From Patescibacteria group bacterium UBA926 (lineage in GTDB: Bacteria > Patescibacteriota > Doudnabacteria > UBA920): a stretch of 64,000 bases of DNA. A program made the translations under genes and the position numbers. This document shows, piece after piece, positions 38,949 through 48,156 of this stretch. The DNA lies in NCBI GenBank assembly GCA_002293685.1, contig DBDS01000007.1:40140-104139 (forward strand), given 5' to 3'. How positions within the stretch are numbered: the first letter of the stretch is position 1; each line of letters starts with the position of its first letter. A model generated the notes under the pieces. The model made no database searches, was not told the DNA's origin, and saw nothing but the letters and a program-made list of their open reading frames with translations.

Positions 38949-39353
38949 ATGATATGGAGAGAATATGTACTCGAGAATTTGTACGAGTACTTTATCATTT
39001 GGATTTTATTGGTTGCGGCTCAGTTTTTTGCACTGTTAACGATGACTGTTGCATCTTCGTACTGGTTAAGCATTATTCTATCCCTGTTCTTGCTTGCTGT
39101 TTCGGCTGAGAAGTTACTCGCGTTGTTGCCTAAAGCAAGCAAAAGACGGTGGATTTTCTATTTTTCTTTCCTGGGTTGGGGCATGATATATTGTTGGTCA
39201 ACTGCTTCGTTGACTGCTCGGAATTCAAGCCTGTTTGGATGGTCAATTTTTTTTCAACTCCTTGGCTTATTCCTTGCTGCATCGATGATATATTTTCTCA
39301 CGGGCTTCATTTTTGATGAAGTTAAAAAACAACCAGCAAAAAAGACTCCTTAG
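38949..39353 (+). CDS. Hypothetical membrane protein.
   Basis: 134 aa with four transmembrane helices. Confidence 0.4.
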   Translation: MIWREYVLENLYEYFIIWILLVAAQFFALLTMTVASSYWLSIILSLFLLAVSAEKLLALLPKASKRRWIFYFSFLGWGMIYCWSTASLTARNSSLFGWSIFFQLLGLFLAASMIYFLTGFIFDEVKKQPAKKTP

Positions 39354-39366
39354 GGAGTCCTTTTAT

Positions 39367-39921
39367 TTATACACGTTCTACGTAGGTGCCTTCTCGAGTA
39401 TCTACTCTGATGATGTCACCTTCTTTGATGAACATCGGCGCTTGAACACTGAGTCCAGTTTCTAGTTTAACAGGTTTGGTGACGTTACCACCGCTGTTGC
39501 CGGTAACTCCTGGAGGTGCTTCCACTACTTTGAGATCTACTTTTATTGGTAGGTCTACACCGACTGGCTTTCCATTGAACCGCAAAATGATTACTTTAAG
39601 CCCTTCGGTAAGGAATGGTTCTTGCTCAGCTGTAATCTCTTTATCGAAATCGATAGTCTCGAAAGTTTCATTATTCATGAAGTGAGTGCCTTCATCATCA
39701 GCGTAGAGGAAGTTGGCGTTTTCTCTAGTTACGTCAGCGCTTTCAACTTTTTCACCGAACTTGAAGCTGTACTCCAAAACTTTTCCAGTAATTACATTGC
39801 GAAGCTTCGCTTGCATTACCGGTTTGCGTTGGGCAGTGCGCATGCGGTTTGACCAGATTACCTGAAAAGGTTCACCGTTCATTAGCACAACAGCACCTAA
39901 TTTTACGTCGTTGAGGTCCAT
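39367..39921 (-). CDS. efp: Elongation factor P.
   Basis: N-terminus KLGAVVLMNGEPFQV. 184 aa with three OB-like domains. Confidence 0.9.
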   Translation of the reverse strand: MDLNDVKLGAVVLMNGEPFQVIWSNRMRTAQRKPVMQAKLRNVITGKVLEYSFKFGEKVESADVTRENANFLYADDEGTHFMNNETFETIDFDKEITAEQEPFLTEGLKVIILRFNGKPVGVDLPIKVDLKVVEAPPGVTGNSGGNVTKPVKLETGLSVQAPMFIKEGDIIRVDTREGTYVERV

Positions 39922-40139
39922 ATTTTATTACTATATCTATTCTCAAACATCTATGTTATTCCGTGAATGCGGAACTTCATTCTTTGATTTTATGATTTAG
40001 AATTTTTAATTGCAAATTAGCCGTCCACTTTTTCGGGGGCGCTCTCGCGGCTTATCCAGTCAAATCCGCATAGATTTGACTGGGCCGCTGGCGCTAGCTT
40101 ACCCCCTCTTAAGTGGACAGCGGGAAGTAGTAAATGCTG

Positions 40140-40391
40140 TTAAGCTGCGACGAATGGCAACAGAGCCATATGGCGAGCGCGCTTCAATGAGGTTGTAATC
40201 ATGCGTTGGTGCTTTGGGCAAGAACCAGTACGGTTACGAGAAAGAATCTTCGCATGAGGTGACATAAAGCGACGCAGTGTTTGCGTATCTTTATAGTCTA
40301 AGGTTGTGATTTTGTTCGCGCACAAGTAGCAAACCTTTTTTACAGGTGCTTGGTCGCGATCACGAGAATTGTTTTTGTTATTGTAGGGCAT
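40140..40391 (-). CDS. rpsR: 30S ribosomal protein S18. The core is called from the internal Met; the ORF is open upstream to 40538.
   Basis: [18 protein letters not shown]...[39 protein letters not shown]. Confidence 0.75.
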   Translation of the reverse strand: MPYNNKNNSRDRDQAPVKKVCYLCANKITTLDYKDTQTLRRFMSPHAKILSRNRTGSCPKHQRMITTSLKRARHMALLPFVAA

Positions 40392-40645
40392 AATATTTAT
40401 CGGCTTTCTCGCTTGTTCGCCCGCAGTCTGAAGTAAATTCAGACTTTTGGGCGAACTTCGCCCTGCGGGTTTGACCAATTTCTTTGTCGAAATACTTACG
40501 TTGCTGCTCGCCGTAGCCTTCACTACGGCTCGCACCATCCGCGTATTTCTTCGCGAACTTGGTCAAACGAGAAACCCTTAAGGATAATTAGTTATTGATT
40601 AAATAATTGAGAGTTTAGCCTCCCTCCGGGGAGGAGATTCTAGGT

Positions 40646-41134
40646 TTAAAACGGAATATCGTCTACGTTAATATCTTCACCTTGTTGAATAGTAGGTAGT
40701 TCTTCTGCTGGGCTAGGTTGAGCCATCCCGCTCGCACCCATTCCTGCAGCAGCTCCACCAGCAGCTGCGCCGTAGTTTCCACCTGAAGCAGGGGAGTCAC
40801 CACGACCACCGTCCAACATAATCATGTTATCGGCGACGATTTCTGTTTTATAGTTCTTTTTACCATCGGTTCCATCCCATGAACGGGTTTGGAGACGACC
40901 TTCGATATACACGCGCTGTCCCTTTTTAAGATATTGAGCCGCGATTTCACCAAGCTTGCGCCAAAGGATAACGTTATGATACTCAACGTTTTCAACTTTT
41001 TGGCCAGATTGCTGGTTAGTATAGACGAAGTTGGTGGCTATTCCAAGTTGGCAAACGCTTGCGCCGCTTGGTATAGTCTTGAGTTCTGGATCACGGGTTA
41101 GGCGACCGATGATCATTACTTTGTTTAGATCCAT
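40646..41134 (-). CDS. ssb: Single-stranded DNA-binding protein.
   Basis: OB-fold N-terminus (MDLNKVMIIGRLTRDPEL). Gly-rich linker. Acidic tail ending DDIPF. Confidence 0.9.
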   Translation of the reverse strand: MDLNKVMIIGRLTRDPELKTIPSGASVCQLGIATNFVYTNQQSGQKVENVEYHNVILWRKLGEIAAQYLKKGQRVYIEGRLQTRSWDGTDGKKNYKTEIVADNMIMLDGGRGDSPASGGNYGAAAGGAAAGMGASGMAQPSPAEELPTIQQGEDINVDDIPF

Positions 41135-41398
41135 AGTTTTAGTTTCGGTCTCTTGGTCGTCTGCTATCGGTTCGGGAAACCCGAACCTTCAGCAGACTCT
41201 TGGTCGATAACTTTGTCATTTCACTGCGTTGCTCACTTTGCGTACGTTTCAGTACGCGTCGTTCGCTACTCGTGAAATTCCTCGTTCTCGACCAATCCAA
41301 GAAACCTCTATTAATGGTTTTGAGTTTGTCGTCCCGAACTTGCATTGTCCGCCATAGCTTTAGCGGAGGTGGAATTCGGGATCTCGTGAATATTCTCT

Positions 41399-41460
41399 AG
41401 ATCCTGACTTTCGCCCGCCCGCATGCTTCGCAAAGCGAAGCGGGTAGGGTCAGGATGACA
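41399..41460. repeat. Family-A-related palindromic repeat (variant), intergenic between rpsF and ssb.
   Basis: GATCCTGACTTTCGCCCGCCCGCATGCTTCGCAAAGCGAAGCGGGTAGGGTCAGGATGACA. Confidence 0.55.
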
Positions 41461-41464
41461 GAAA

Positions 41465-41941
41465 TTAAGCCACTTCTTCGTTAAGAGCTTTTTCGATTTC
41501 TTCTTCCAACTTTTCGTTAGTCACTGGAGCAGCCGCTTTCTTAACTGGCTTTGGTTTTGCAGGAGTGCTAGTTCCTTCTTCAGTTTCTTCTGTTGGAATG
41601 CGACGCTTCATTTGAGATTGCACGACGCGATCTTTTTCTAAGCGTTCAAGATGCTCATCGATGTTCACGATTAAGTGACGGATGATTGTTGTCTTTTGGG
41701 TGCGGATCTTCGCATCTAAAGCAGCCATTTTTTTGCCGTCCATGTCAAAATTGACGACACCGTAATGACCATTACGAGTTTTGCCGATTTGGTAAGCAAG
41801 TTTTTTCTTGCCTAACATTTCGTGCACTATGTTTGTACCACCGAAGTCAGCAACAGTTTGCTCGACGCCAGCAGAAGTGGCTGGTACCTGATCATCAGAT
41901 ACGCCTGAGGCGAGAATGTACATAAGTTCATATCTCGGCAT
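41465..41941 (-). CDS. rpsF: 30S ribosomal protein S6 with a C-terminal charged extension.
   Basis: MPRYELMYIL...HYGVVNF signature. Classic gene order rpsF-ssb-rpsR. Confidence 0.85.
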   Translation of the reverse strand: MPRYELMYILASGVSDDQVPATSAGVEQTVADFGGTNIVHEMLGKKKLAYQIGKTRNGHYGVVNFDMDGKKMAALDAKIRTQKTTIIRHLIVNIDEHLERLEKDRVVQSQMKRRIPTEETEEGTSTPAKPKPVKKAAAPVTNEKLEEEIEKALNEEVA

Positions 41942-42242
41942 AAGGAGGGTCTCCTTATTCCTACACCCCAATCGGTATAGGAAACATTAATTATTGTACA
42001 TTTTGACTTGCCCTTCGAAGCTTTCTTGTCAACCGAAGCTTTAGCGTAGGTTGGAGCGTAGAAGGGACCTTCAGAATGGGATTGTTCTCTCAGGTCCTTT
42101 TCAGCATAACATATGCCTACTCAAGATTTCTTTAAGAAAAACCTAAATTTGAGCCAAAATATGCTTAATTGTATCTAAAATCTGCACTTTTGGCAAGAGT
42201 GTAGAGATAATAAAAACGGTGCCTAATTTGGCACCGTTTTTA

Positions 42243-43346
42243 TTATTTTGAGAACAGAAAATGCACCACATCGCCGTCTTGGACGACGTATTCTTTACCC
42301 TCTGTGCGGAGCCATCCTTTGGCGCGGGCGTTGGCGTAAGAGCCTGCTTCGAGAAGTTTGTCCCATTGAATCGTCTCTGCGCGAATAAAACCATGTTCAA
42401 AGTCGGTGTGAATAACGCCAGCGGCTTGAGGAGCTTTGGTACCGGCAGGGCAAGTCCAAGCTTTGCTTTCCTTTGGTCCGGCTGTGATGAAAGTAATCAA
42501 TCCCAAAGTTTTGTAGGCAGCTGTAATGATTCTATCTAACCCGCTTTCGGTTAACCCCAAGTCGGTTAGATATTCATCGTGTTCCGCGTCGTCCAATTGG
42601 GCAAGCTCAGTTTCTAATTTGGCATCAACCAAAATGACATCGCCGAAACCTTCGCCGAGCAGGGAGGCGTTGATTTCGTTACCGTCTTCGGACTCATATT
42701 TTTTAGTTGAAATATTGTAAGTCGCATTAGCCGCCAACAGGAAAGGCTTAGTGGTTAACAACTGAACATCCTTGCTAGCCGATTTTTCTTCTTCGTTCAA
42801 CACAACAGTATTGGCCATTTTGCCAGCTTCCAAGGCAACTTTATACTTTTCCAAAACAGATTGGCGAATCTTTGCGTCACGGTCACCAGCTTTAACTTGT
42901 TTAGCGTTAGATTCCAAACGCTTTTCGACGTTAGCTAAATCGGCCAACTGTAGTTCGATACCGATAGTTTCGATGTCGCGCTTAGCGTCGACGTTGCCAT
43001 TGACGTGAATAATATCGTCATCGGTGAACAGGCGAGCGACTTCTAAAATCGCATCAACTTCACGAATGTGAGATAAAAATTGATTACCCAAGCCTTCTCC
43101 TTTGTGTGCCCCTGATACTAATCCTGCGATATCTACAAATTCAATAGTAGTAGGAACTATTTTTTCAGACTTTTCTTGTGCTGCTAATTTAGCAAGGCGT
43201 TCATCGGGTACGGCAACTACCCCAACGTTTGGATCGATGGTGGCAAAGGGATAGTTGGCCGCTTCAACTTGCGACTTAGTGATGGCGTTAAATAAAGTGG
43301 ACTTACCAACGTTTGGCAGACCTACGATTCCGATTTGAAATGACAT
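42243..43346 (-). CDS. ychF: Ribosome-binding ATPase YchF (Obg-like GTPase family).
   Basis: IGIVGLPNVGKSTLFNA. TGS-like C-terminal domain. 367 aa. Confidence 0.9.
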   Translation of the reverse strand: MSFQIGIVGLPNVGKSTLFNAITKSQVEAANYPFATIDPNVGVVAVPDERLAKLAAQEKSEKIVPTTIEFVDIAGLVSGAHKGEGLGNQFLSHIREVDAILEVARLFTDDDIIHVNGNVDAKRDIETIGIELQLADLANVEKRLESNAKQVKAGDRDAKIRQSVLEKYKVALEAGKMANTVVLNEEEKSASKDVQLLTTKPFLLAANATYNISTKKYESEDGNEINASLLGEGFGDVILVDAKLETELAQLDDAEHDEYLTDLGLTESGLDRIITAAYKTLGLITFITAGPKESKAWTCPAGTKAPQAAGVIHTDFEHGFIRAETIQWDKLLEAGSYANARAKGWLRTEGKEYVVQDGDVVHFLFSK

Positions 43347-43562
43347 AATTATAGGGCTTTCATTTTCGGACAGTTTACTTATGAACTTGCCTCAAAAATG
43401 AAAGCCCTCAACGTTTAATTGCTTAGTTAGTTTGCCTGATTTGCTGAGTTTTGTCTATGGTTATTAAAATTCATAGCCATTCATTCTAGACAATATGCTT
43501 AGAATTAGGTATAGTGTAAGTCTGCTTAGTTCAGAAAAAAATCAAAGGAGAAAATACAATCT

Positions 43563-43748
43563 ATGCCGAAAGAGTCTACCGATTCTACTGTTACTCGTTT
43601 TGTCCAGCGCTATAACAATTTTTCTCGCACACCGAACAAAGTTCCGGTTGATCAAATCGAGAACCGCTTTGTGGTCAAGCGACGTGAATTCATGATGCGG
43701 AGAAAGGACGCCTCGATACACAGTACGAGTCCACCTCGACTCAAATAG
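43563..43748 (+). CDS. Small hypothetical protein (61 aa).
   Basis: SD AAAGGAG upstream. A strong hairpin terminator (GCCGCCCAGAGTACCGGGCGGCTTTTCTT) is immediately downstream. Confidence 0.35.
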   Translation: MPKESTDSTVTRFVQRYNNFSRTPNKVPVDQIENRFVVKRREFMMRRKDASIHSTSPPRLK

Positions 43749-43890
43749 ATTTATTCGAAGCCGCCCAGAGTACCGGGCGGCTTTTCTTATACACAGCTTA
43801 GGTTGACCAAACTTCAAAAATACATTATAGTACCAATTACAGTCTGTGAGTTATTTGGGCTGACTACAACCTACAGGAGATCAAGATAAG

Positions 43891-44202
43891 ATGAGTGAAA
43901 GCGATATAACTGTTCCTTATTTCAAAGTTCGGACGGAAACACAGAAAAAGGCAATCAGTAACATGATTACCATTACAGATGGTGATCTTGAAAAACTCGA
44001 TTCTGAAATAGCCAAAACAGCATTCAAGTCACTGATTGGCGACGGGACATCAGGGATTTCATCTGTGCCCCGTGTGGTTCCTGGTCCATATGGTCCAACG
44101 CTTCGAATCCCTATCAAGGATTCACCATTTCCGGCTTTCACCTCACTCGAGTATCTGAAGATTCAATTCAAAGAAGCTTTAGGTCAAGCTTCGGCTGCAT
44201 AA
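43891..44202 (+). CDS. Hypothetical protein (103 aa).
   Basis: SD AGGAG 8 nt upstream of the ATG. A terminator hairpin (GCGGTTC...GAACCGCTTTTTC) follows. Confidence 0.45.
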   Translation: MSESDITVPYFKVRTETQKKAISNMITITDGDLEKLDSEIAKTAFKSLIGDGTSGISSVPRVVPGPYGPTLRIPIKDSPFPAFTSLEYLKIQFKEALGQASAA

Positions 44203-44276
44203 TCTCAACGACGCGGTTCTACTATTCCCAAATGGAACCGCTTTTTCTTATCTTAAATTATTGCTAAAATTCACTT

Positions 44277-45071
44277 ATGAAAATCACAAACCCTTCAAAA
44301 ATGAAGAATAAGAAGCTATTTGTTTTCGACCTCGATGATACTTTAGCCGAATCAAAAATTCCTATGGACCAGGAGATGGCCAGCTTAGTCTTAGAACTAA
44401 TCACGAAAAAAAAGATGGCTGTTATTGGAGGAGGGAAATACGAACTATTTAAGTGGCAGTTTTTGGCATCGCTAAAAACCAAAAGCAAGATCCTTGAAAA
44501 TTTGTTTTTGTTTCCAACTTCTGGAAGCGCCTTTTATCGTTATAAGTCTGGCTGGAAAAAAGTGTATGGATATAACTTAAGTGCTGCCGAAAAGAAACAG
44601 ATTCGTCAGGCTTTTGACCAAGTGTTTAAAGATATAAATTATAAGCACCCTAAAAAAGTTTACGGTGATATTTTAGAAGACCGGATTACACAGATAAGTT
44701 TTTCTCCATTAGGTCAGGACATCGCTATGGTCTTAGGCCGCAAGGGCGTACAAAAGAAAAAAGAGTGGAGAGATAAATACGACCATATTCGACTAGATAT
44801 TGCTAAGCGACTAGCTAAATATTTACCAAACTTAGAAGTCCGCGTTGGTGGAATTACAACCATAGATGTAACCATGAAGGGAATCGATAAAGCTTACGGC
44901 GTGCGTCAGATGGAAAAACATCTCAAGATAAAAATCAAGGACATGTTTTTCGTTGGTGATGCGATTTTTCCAGGGGGTAACGATTACGCTGTATTAAAGA
45001 CAAAGATTGACTATATGCAAGTGGAAGGCTCCGAAGAAACTAAAGAAATTATTCGAAAGATTTTAGAATAG
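44277..45071 (+). CDS. HAD-superfamily hydrolase.
   Basis: Motif I FVFDLDDTL. C-terminal GDA..D motif (FVGDAIFPGGND). Confidence 0.6.
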   Translation: MKITNPSKMKNKKLFVFDLDDTLAESKIPMDQEMASLVLELITKKKMAVIGGGKYELFKWQFLASLKTKSKILENLFLFPTSGSAFYRYKSGWKKVYGYNLSAAEKKQIRQAFDQVFKDINYKHPKKVYGDILEDRITQISFSPLGQDIAMVLGRKGVQKKKEWRDKYDHIRLDIAKRLAKYLPNLEVRVGGITTIDVTMKGIDKAYGVRQMEKHLKIKIKDMFFVGDAIFPGGNDYAVLKTKIDYMQVEGSEETKEIIRKILE

Positions 45072-45091
45072 CAACTTAGAGGAGGGAAAAA

Positions 45092-45553
45092 ATGAATAGT
45101 ATTGACAGTATTTTGAATATGATTCGGACTGAAGCGGGGGAAAGAACTGCAAGTGCACGCACTGATCGATTGAGCGTTTCTGAGCTCGAACTGTATCAGC
45201 AGGTACAGTCAGAAGATGTGAACGAAGTTAGGATTTCAATTACGAATGAGCAGATCGAAGAAATCATGCATGCGGGTGCGTCTAACCCGAGCTATCATTC
45301 AAGCATCGATTGGGTTATAGAAACAACTCCTGAGTATGCTTTTATCGACAGTTTGGGTGTAACGGCATTGCCTGTACTTCGAAAGCTTTTGGCTGAAGAC
45401 TTCCATGATCAGTTAGTAGTAATTCACTTGCTGGGGAAACATGAACCTTTCTGTCCTGAAATTCCAGAGGAGGCACTAAGCCGTGTTCAGGAACTTAGGC
45501 GGATCTGGTTGGAATTTATTGAGTCCCACTCGCTTCTGACGGAAGATGGTTAA
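45092..45553 (+). CDS. Hypothetical protein.
   Basis: 153 aa. SD GGAGGG. Followed by the first copy of the duplicated terminator. Confidence 0.45.
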   Translation: MNSIDSILNMIRTEAGERTASARTDRLSVSELELYQQVQSEDVNEVRISITNEQIEEIMHAGASNPSYHSSIDWVIETTPEYAFIDSLGVTALPVLRKLLAEDFHDQLVVIHLLGKHEPFCPEIPEEALSRVQELRRIWLEFIESHSLLTEDG

Positions 45554-45590
45554 AACAAAATCGGCCTTGCTTACAGCAGGCTGATTTTTA
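45552..45590. repeat. Direct repeat, copy 1: a terminator-like hairpin nearly identical to the trpS terminator at 46184-46222.
   Basis: AAAACAAAATCGGCCTTGCTTACAGCAGGCTGATTTTT versus AAAACAAAACCGGCTTGCTTACAGCAGGCCGATTTTTT. Confidence 0.7.
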
Positions 45591-45644
45591 TTTTGAGAAT
45601 ATATTGAATAGGACTTTAGAGGTGGTGTGTTATCATCATTACTT

Positions 45645-45690
45645 CCCCTCCTTATTTATGAGGAGGGGTGCCCGTAGGGCGGGGTGGTGG
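45645..45690. repeat. Family-B double-hairpin repeat, forward orientation, at the 5' edge of the DUF559 gene.
   Basis: TCCCCTCCTTATTTATGAGGAGGGGTGCCCGTAGGGCGGGGTGGTGG. Confidence 0.7.
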
Positions 45691-46108
45691 TATGAGATTA
45701 CATAATATTAAAAAATTATATAAACATCGAAAAAAATTACGAAACCAATCAACCTTAGCAGAAATAAGATTGTGGTATTATCTGAAAAAATCAAAATTGG
45801 GCGTAAAGTTTAGAAGGCAGCACAGTGTCGGACCATATATTTTGGATTTTTACTGTAGTAAGTATAAATTAGCAGTTGAGTTGGATGGTTCATCTCATGA
45901 TTTTGAACAAGCTTATTCACGAGATACTGCTCGCACAAAATATCTTGAAGACCAAGGGCTAATTGTTTTGAGATTTGAGAATAGGTTGGTCTTTGAAAAT
46001 ATTCAAGGGGTGGTTGATATGATTAGTTTACATTGTAACCACCCCGGCCTTTCAGGCCACCCCTCCTATCCGCCTTTGGCGGCAGGAGGGGAGGGAAAAC
46101 TTCAGTAA
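45668..46108 (+). CDS. DUF559 / Vsr-like (restriction-endonuclease-fold) endonuclease domain protein. Both ends of the ORF extend into family-B repeats.
   Basis: LAEIRLWYYLKK...FRRQHSVGPYILDFYC...AVELDGSSHD...LIVLRFEN matches DUF559. The likely true start is the internal Met (MRLHNIKK). Confidence 0.65.
   Translation: MPVGRGGGMRLHNIKKLYKHRKKLRNQSTLAEIRLWYYLKKSKLGVKFRRQHSVGPYILDFYCSKYKLAVELDGSSHDFEQAYSRDTARTKYLEDQGLIVLRFENRLVFENIQGVVDMISLHCNHPGLSGHPSYPPLAAGGEGKLQ
46039..46095. repeat. Family-B double-hairpin repeat, inverted orientation, at the 3' edge of the DUF559 gene.
   Basis: CCACCCCGGCCTTTCAGGCCACCCCTCCTATCCGCCTTTGGCGGCAGGAGGGGAGGG. Its reverse complement matches family-B architecture. 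Confidence 0.7.
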
Positions 46109-46183
46109 ACCTCAGGATGCACCACATACCGGAACAGACGGGGTAGTGAAGTCTTTAAGTTCATCATTAAATCAAGTTAACTT

Positions 46184-46222
46184 AAAACAAAACCGGCTTG
46201 CTTACAGCAGGCCGATTTTTTG
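46184..46222. repeat. Direct repeat, copy 2: the trpS terminator hairpin, overlapping the trpS stop codon.
   Basis: See copy 1. About 36 of 38 nt identical. Confidence 0.7.
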
Positions 46223-47161
46223 TTTGACTTCAGTTATAGTTGGAACGGCGATTTCTCTTGCTCGGGCAGCTCCATCATTGAGAATTTTGGAAAGCTCAGA
46301 TTTATCGTTGAGTAATTCCTTTTTACGCTTTCGGAAATCTGCAAAATGATCGCTGATTGTTGTAGCTAGTACAGACTTCAATTCACTGTATCGAATTTCA
46401 CCCGATTTCTGTTCAGCAGTAAATTTATCGACGACGCTTTTATCAGCAAAATAGCTTAGAGTTTCGATTAAGTTTTTAGCGCCTGTTTCAGTCGTGACCG
46501 CCTTTTTTAACTTTGCTTCGATAATTTCTGGAGTGTCGTCCAGATAGAGAGGGTCATCGCCAGTTTTGCTCATCTTCTTGTCCGGATTTTTTAAACTCAT
46601 TATTCGAAGAGGCTTGCGTTCGTACGGTTTTGGCTCTGGAAAAGTTTCGCCAAATTGTCTGTTGAATTTTCGTGCAATTATTCGAGCGAGTTCTAAGTGC
46701 TGAACCTGATCTTCACCAACAGGAACAAAATTTGGTTTGTATAATAGAATGTCTGCGGCCATTAAGGTAGGGTAGGTAAGCAGACCAGCGTTTACGGAAT
46801 CTTTCTGGGATCGCCCCTTATCTTTATATTGAGTCATTTTCTCGAGTTCGCCAACTGGAGTTATACAATTAAATATCCAAGCCAGCTCGGCATGTTCTAA
46901 AACATGGTTTTGGATAAAGATAACCGATTTCTTTGGGTCGAGTCCGGCAGCAATGTATTCAGCCACAACTTCCAGAGTATCTTGGCGTAATTTTTCTGGA
47001 TCACGAGGAACTGTTAAAGCATGTAAATCCGCCACAAAGAAATAGCACTCAAGTTTCCCTTCATTTTGAATATCTACGAATTGCTTCAAGGCCCCGAGAT
47101 AATTGCCGATGTGCATTCGGCCAGTTGCCTGAACTCCTGATAAAATAGTCTCTTTTTTCAT
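46202..47161 (-). CDS. trpS: Tryptophanyl-tRNA synthetase.
   Basis: HIGH motif (TGRMHIGNYLG). KMSKS (KKMSKT). 319 aa. Confidence 0.9.
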   Translation of the reverse strand: MKKETILSGVQATGRMHIGNYLGALKQFVDIQNEGKLECYFFVADLHALTVPRDPEKLRQDTLEVVAEYIAAGLDPKKSVIFIQNHVLEHAELAWIFNCITPVGELEKMTQYKDKGRSQKDSVNAGLLTYPTLMAADILLYKPNFVPVGEDQVQHLELARIIARKFNRQFGETFPEPKPYERKPLRIMSLKNPDKKMSKTGDDPLYLDDTPEIIEAKLKKAVTTETGAKNLIETLSYFADKSVVDKFTAEQKSGEIRYSELKSVLATTISDHFADFRKRKKELLNDKSELSKILNDGAARAREIAVPTITEVKQKIGLL

Positions 47162-47285
47162 AAAGTCATTATACTAGAAAATATTAACATTTCCTAAGAC
47201 TTAGTTATGGCTAAATTAGCCAAGCATTGATTTTTTAGTCTATAATTGGTATAGTTGGAAATAAATTTAGAGGAGGGGAGAATAT

Positions 47286-47660
47286 ATGTCACAGGTTGTC
47301 GTGGAAGACATTATCAAAGGTAGTCTTGAGGATTTGGCGGTTATAATGGCAGTGTATGGAATCAATGCCGCATCGGATGGCCAGGATTCAGTAAACAATA
47401 GGCGAGGTAGAATCTTACGAAAGAAGGTTGAGTTTGCTAAAGCTAAGCTTGAGGATGACCGGGATTCCCATATTCGATATCAAAGAAGTTTGGGCGCGAA
47501 CCGAATACACTCTGCTGAGGAAGAGGTTTCAGAAAATGAAGCCTATGCCATGGCTCGAACTGAACTTGATTTAGAGATAGAAAGGGTTCGCAAGTGGCGA
47601 AAAGAAGGACTCGACTACGCACAGTGCGTGGCCGAGATGCACAAATTTTTAGAGAAATAG
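47286..47660 (+). CDS. Hypothetical protein.
   Basis: 124 aa. SD GGAGGGG. Charged and helical. Confidence 0.45.
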   Translation: MSQVVVEDIIKGSLEDLAVIMAVYGINAASDGQDSVNNRRGRILRKKVEFAKAKLEDDRDSHIRYQRSLGANRIHSAEEEVSENEAYAMARTELDLEIERVRKWRKEGLDYAQCVAEMHKFLEK

Positions 47661-47668
47661 GAGGACAT

Positions 47669-48019
47669 ATGTTGGTAGGTTGTCCAAATTTTGTAGAGTG
47701 TTCCAGGTTTGTTTCCCTGAGTCAAGATGGAGTGATTGAAGAACATGGTCATCTGTTCAGGCAAGGGCCAAATCGGCTCCCATGGTTTTTTACTAGCAAG
47801 AGATGTAAATTTTCCAATATGGTATACCCAGATTTGAGCAAGATTCAAAAGGCTTGCGACATTTGTGGTAGGCTACTCATCCCTTGCGATGATCAATCTT
47901 TACCTCCACACTATCCTGACCCAACGAAAACTTTTTCTCCGGATGGTTATTGTGGTTCGGGTGCGGGGTCTGGTCGTGGTAAAGTCAAGCAACGAACCAA
48001 TACCAGGTACTACCCGTGA
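47669..48019 (+). CDS. Hypothetical Cys-rich protein (9 Cys).
   Basis: SD AGGAGG upstream of the ATG at 47669. CPNFVEC ... CDICGRLLIPC ... GYCGSG. Confidence 0.4.
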   Translation: MLVGCPNFVECSRFVSLSQDGVIEEHGHLFRQGPNRLPWFFTSKRCKFSNMVYPDLSKIQKACDICGRLLIPCDDQSLPPHYPDPTKTFSPDGYCGSGAGSGRGKVKQRTNTRYYP

Positions 48020-48071
48020 TAAAAAAAGCGGCGAACGAATAATATCGTTCGACCGCTTCTTTTTTATGCGT

Positions 48072-48150
48072 GTGTCATTCTGAATCCGCCAAAGGCGGAC
48101 GAAGAATATCATGGAGATCCTTCGGTCGCTTTGCTCCCTCAGGATGACAT
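48072..48150. repeat. Family-A palindromic repeat, intergenic.
   Basis: GTGTCATTCTGAATCCGCCAAAGGCGGACGAAGAATATCATGGAGATCCTTCGGTCGCTTTGCTCCCTCAGGATGACAT. Confidence 0.7.
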
Positions 48151-48156
48151 TCAATT

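Noticed and set aside
42143-42400. 85-aa ORF on the minus strand near the ychF 3' end.
   Set aside because: It overlaps the ychF coding region in another frame, has no motif and has no RBS. Spurious.
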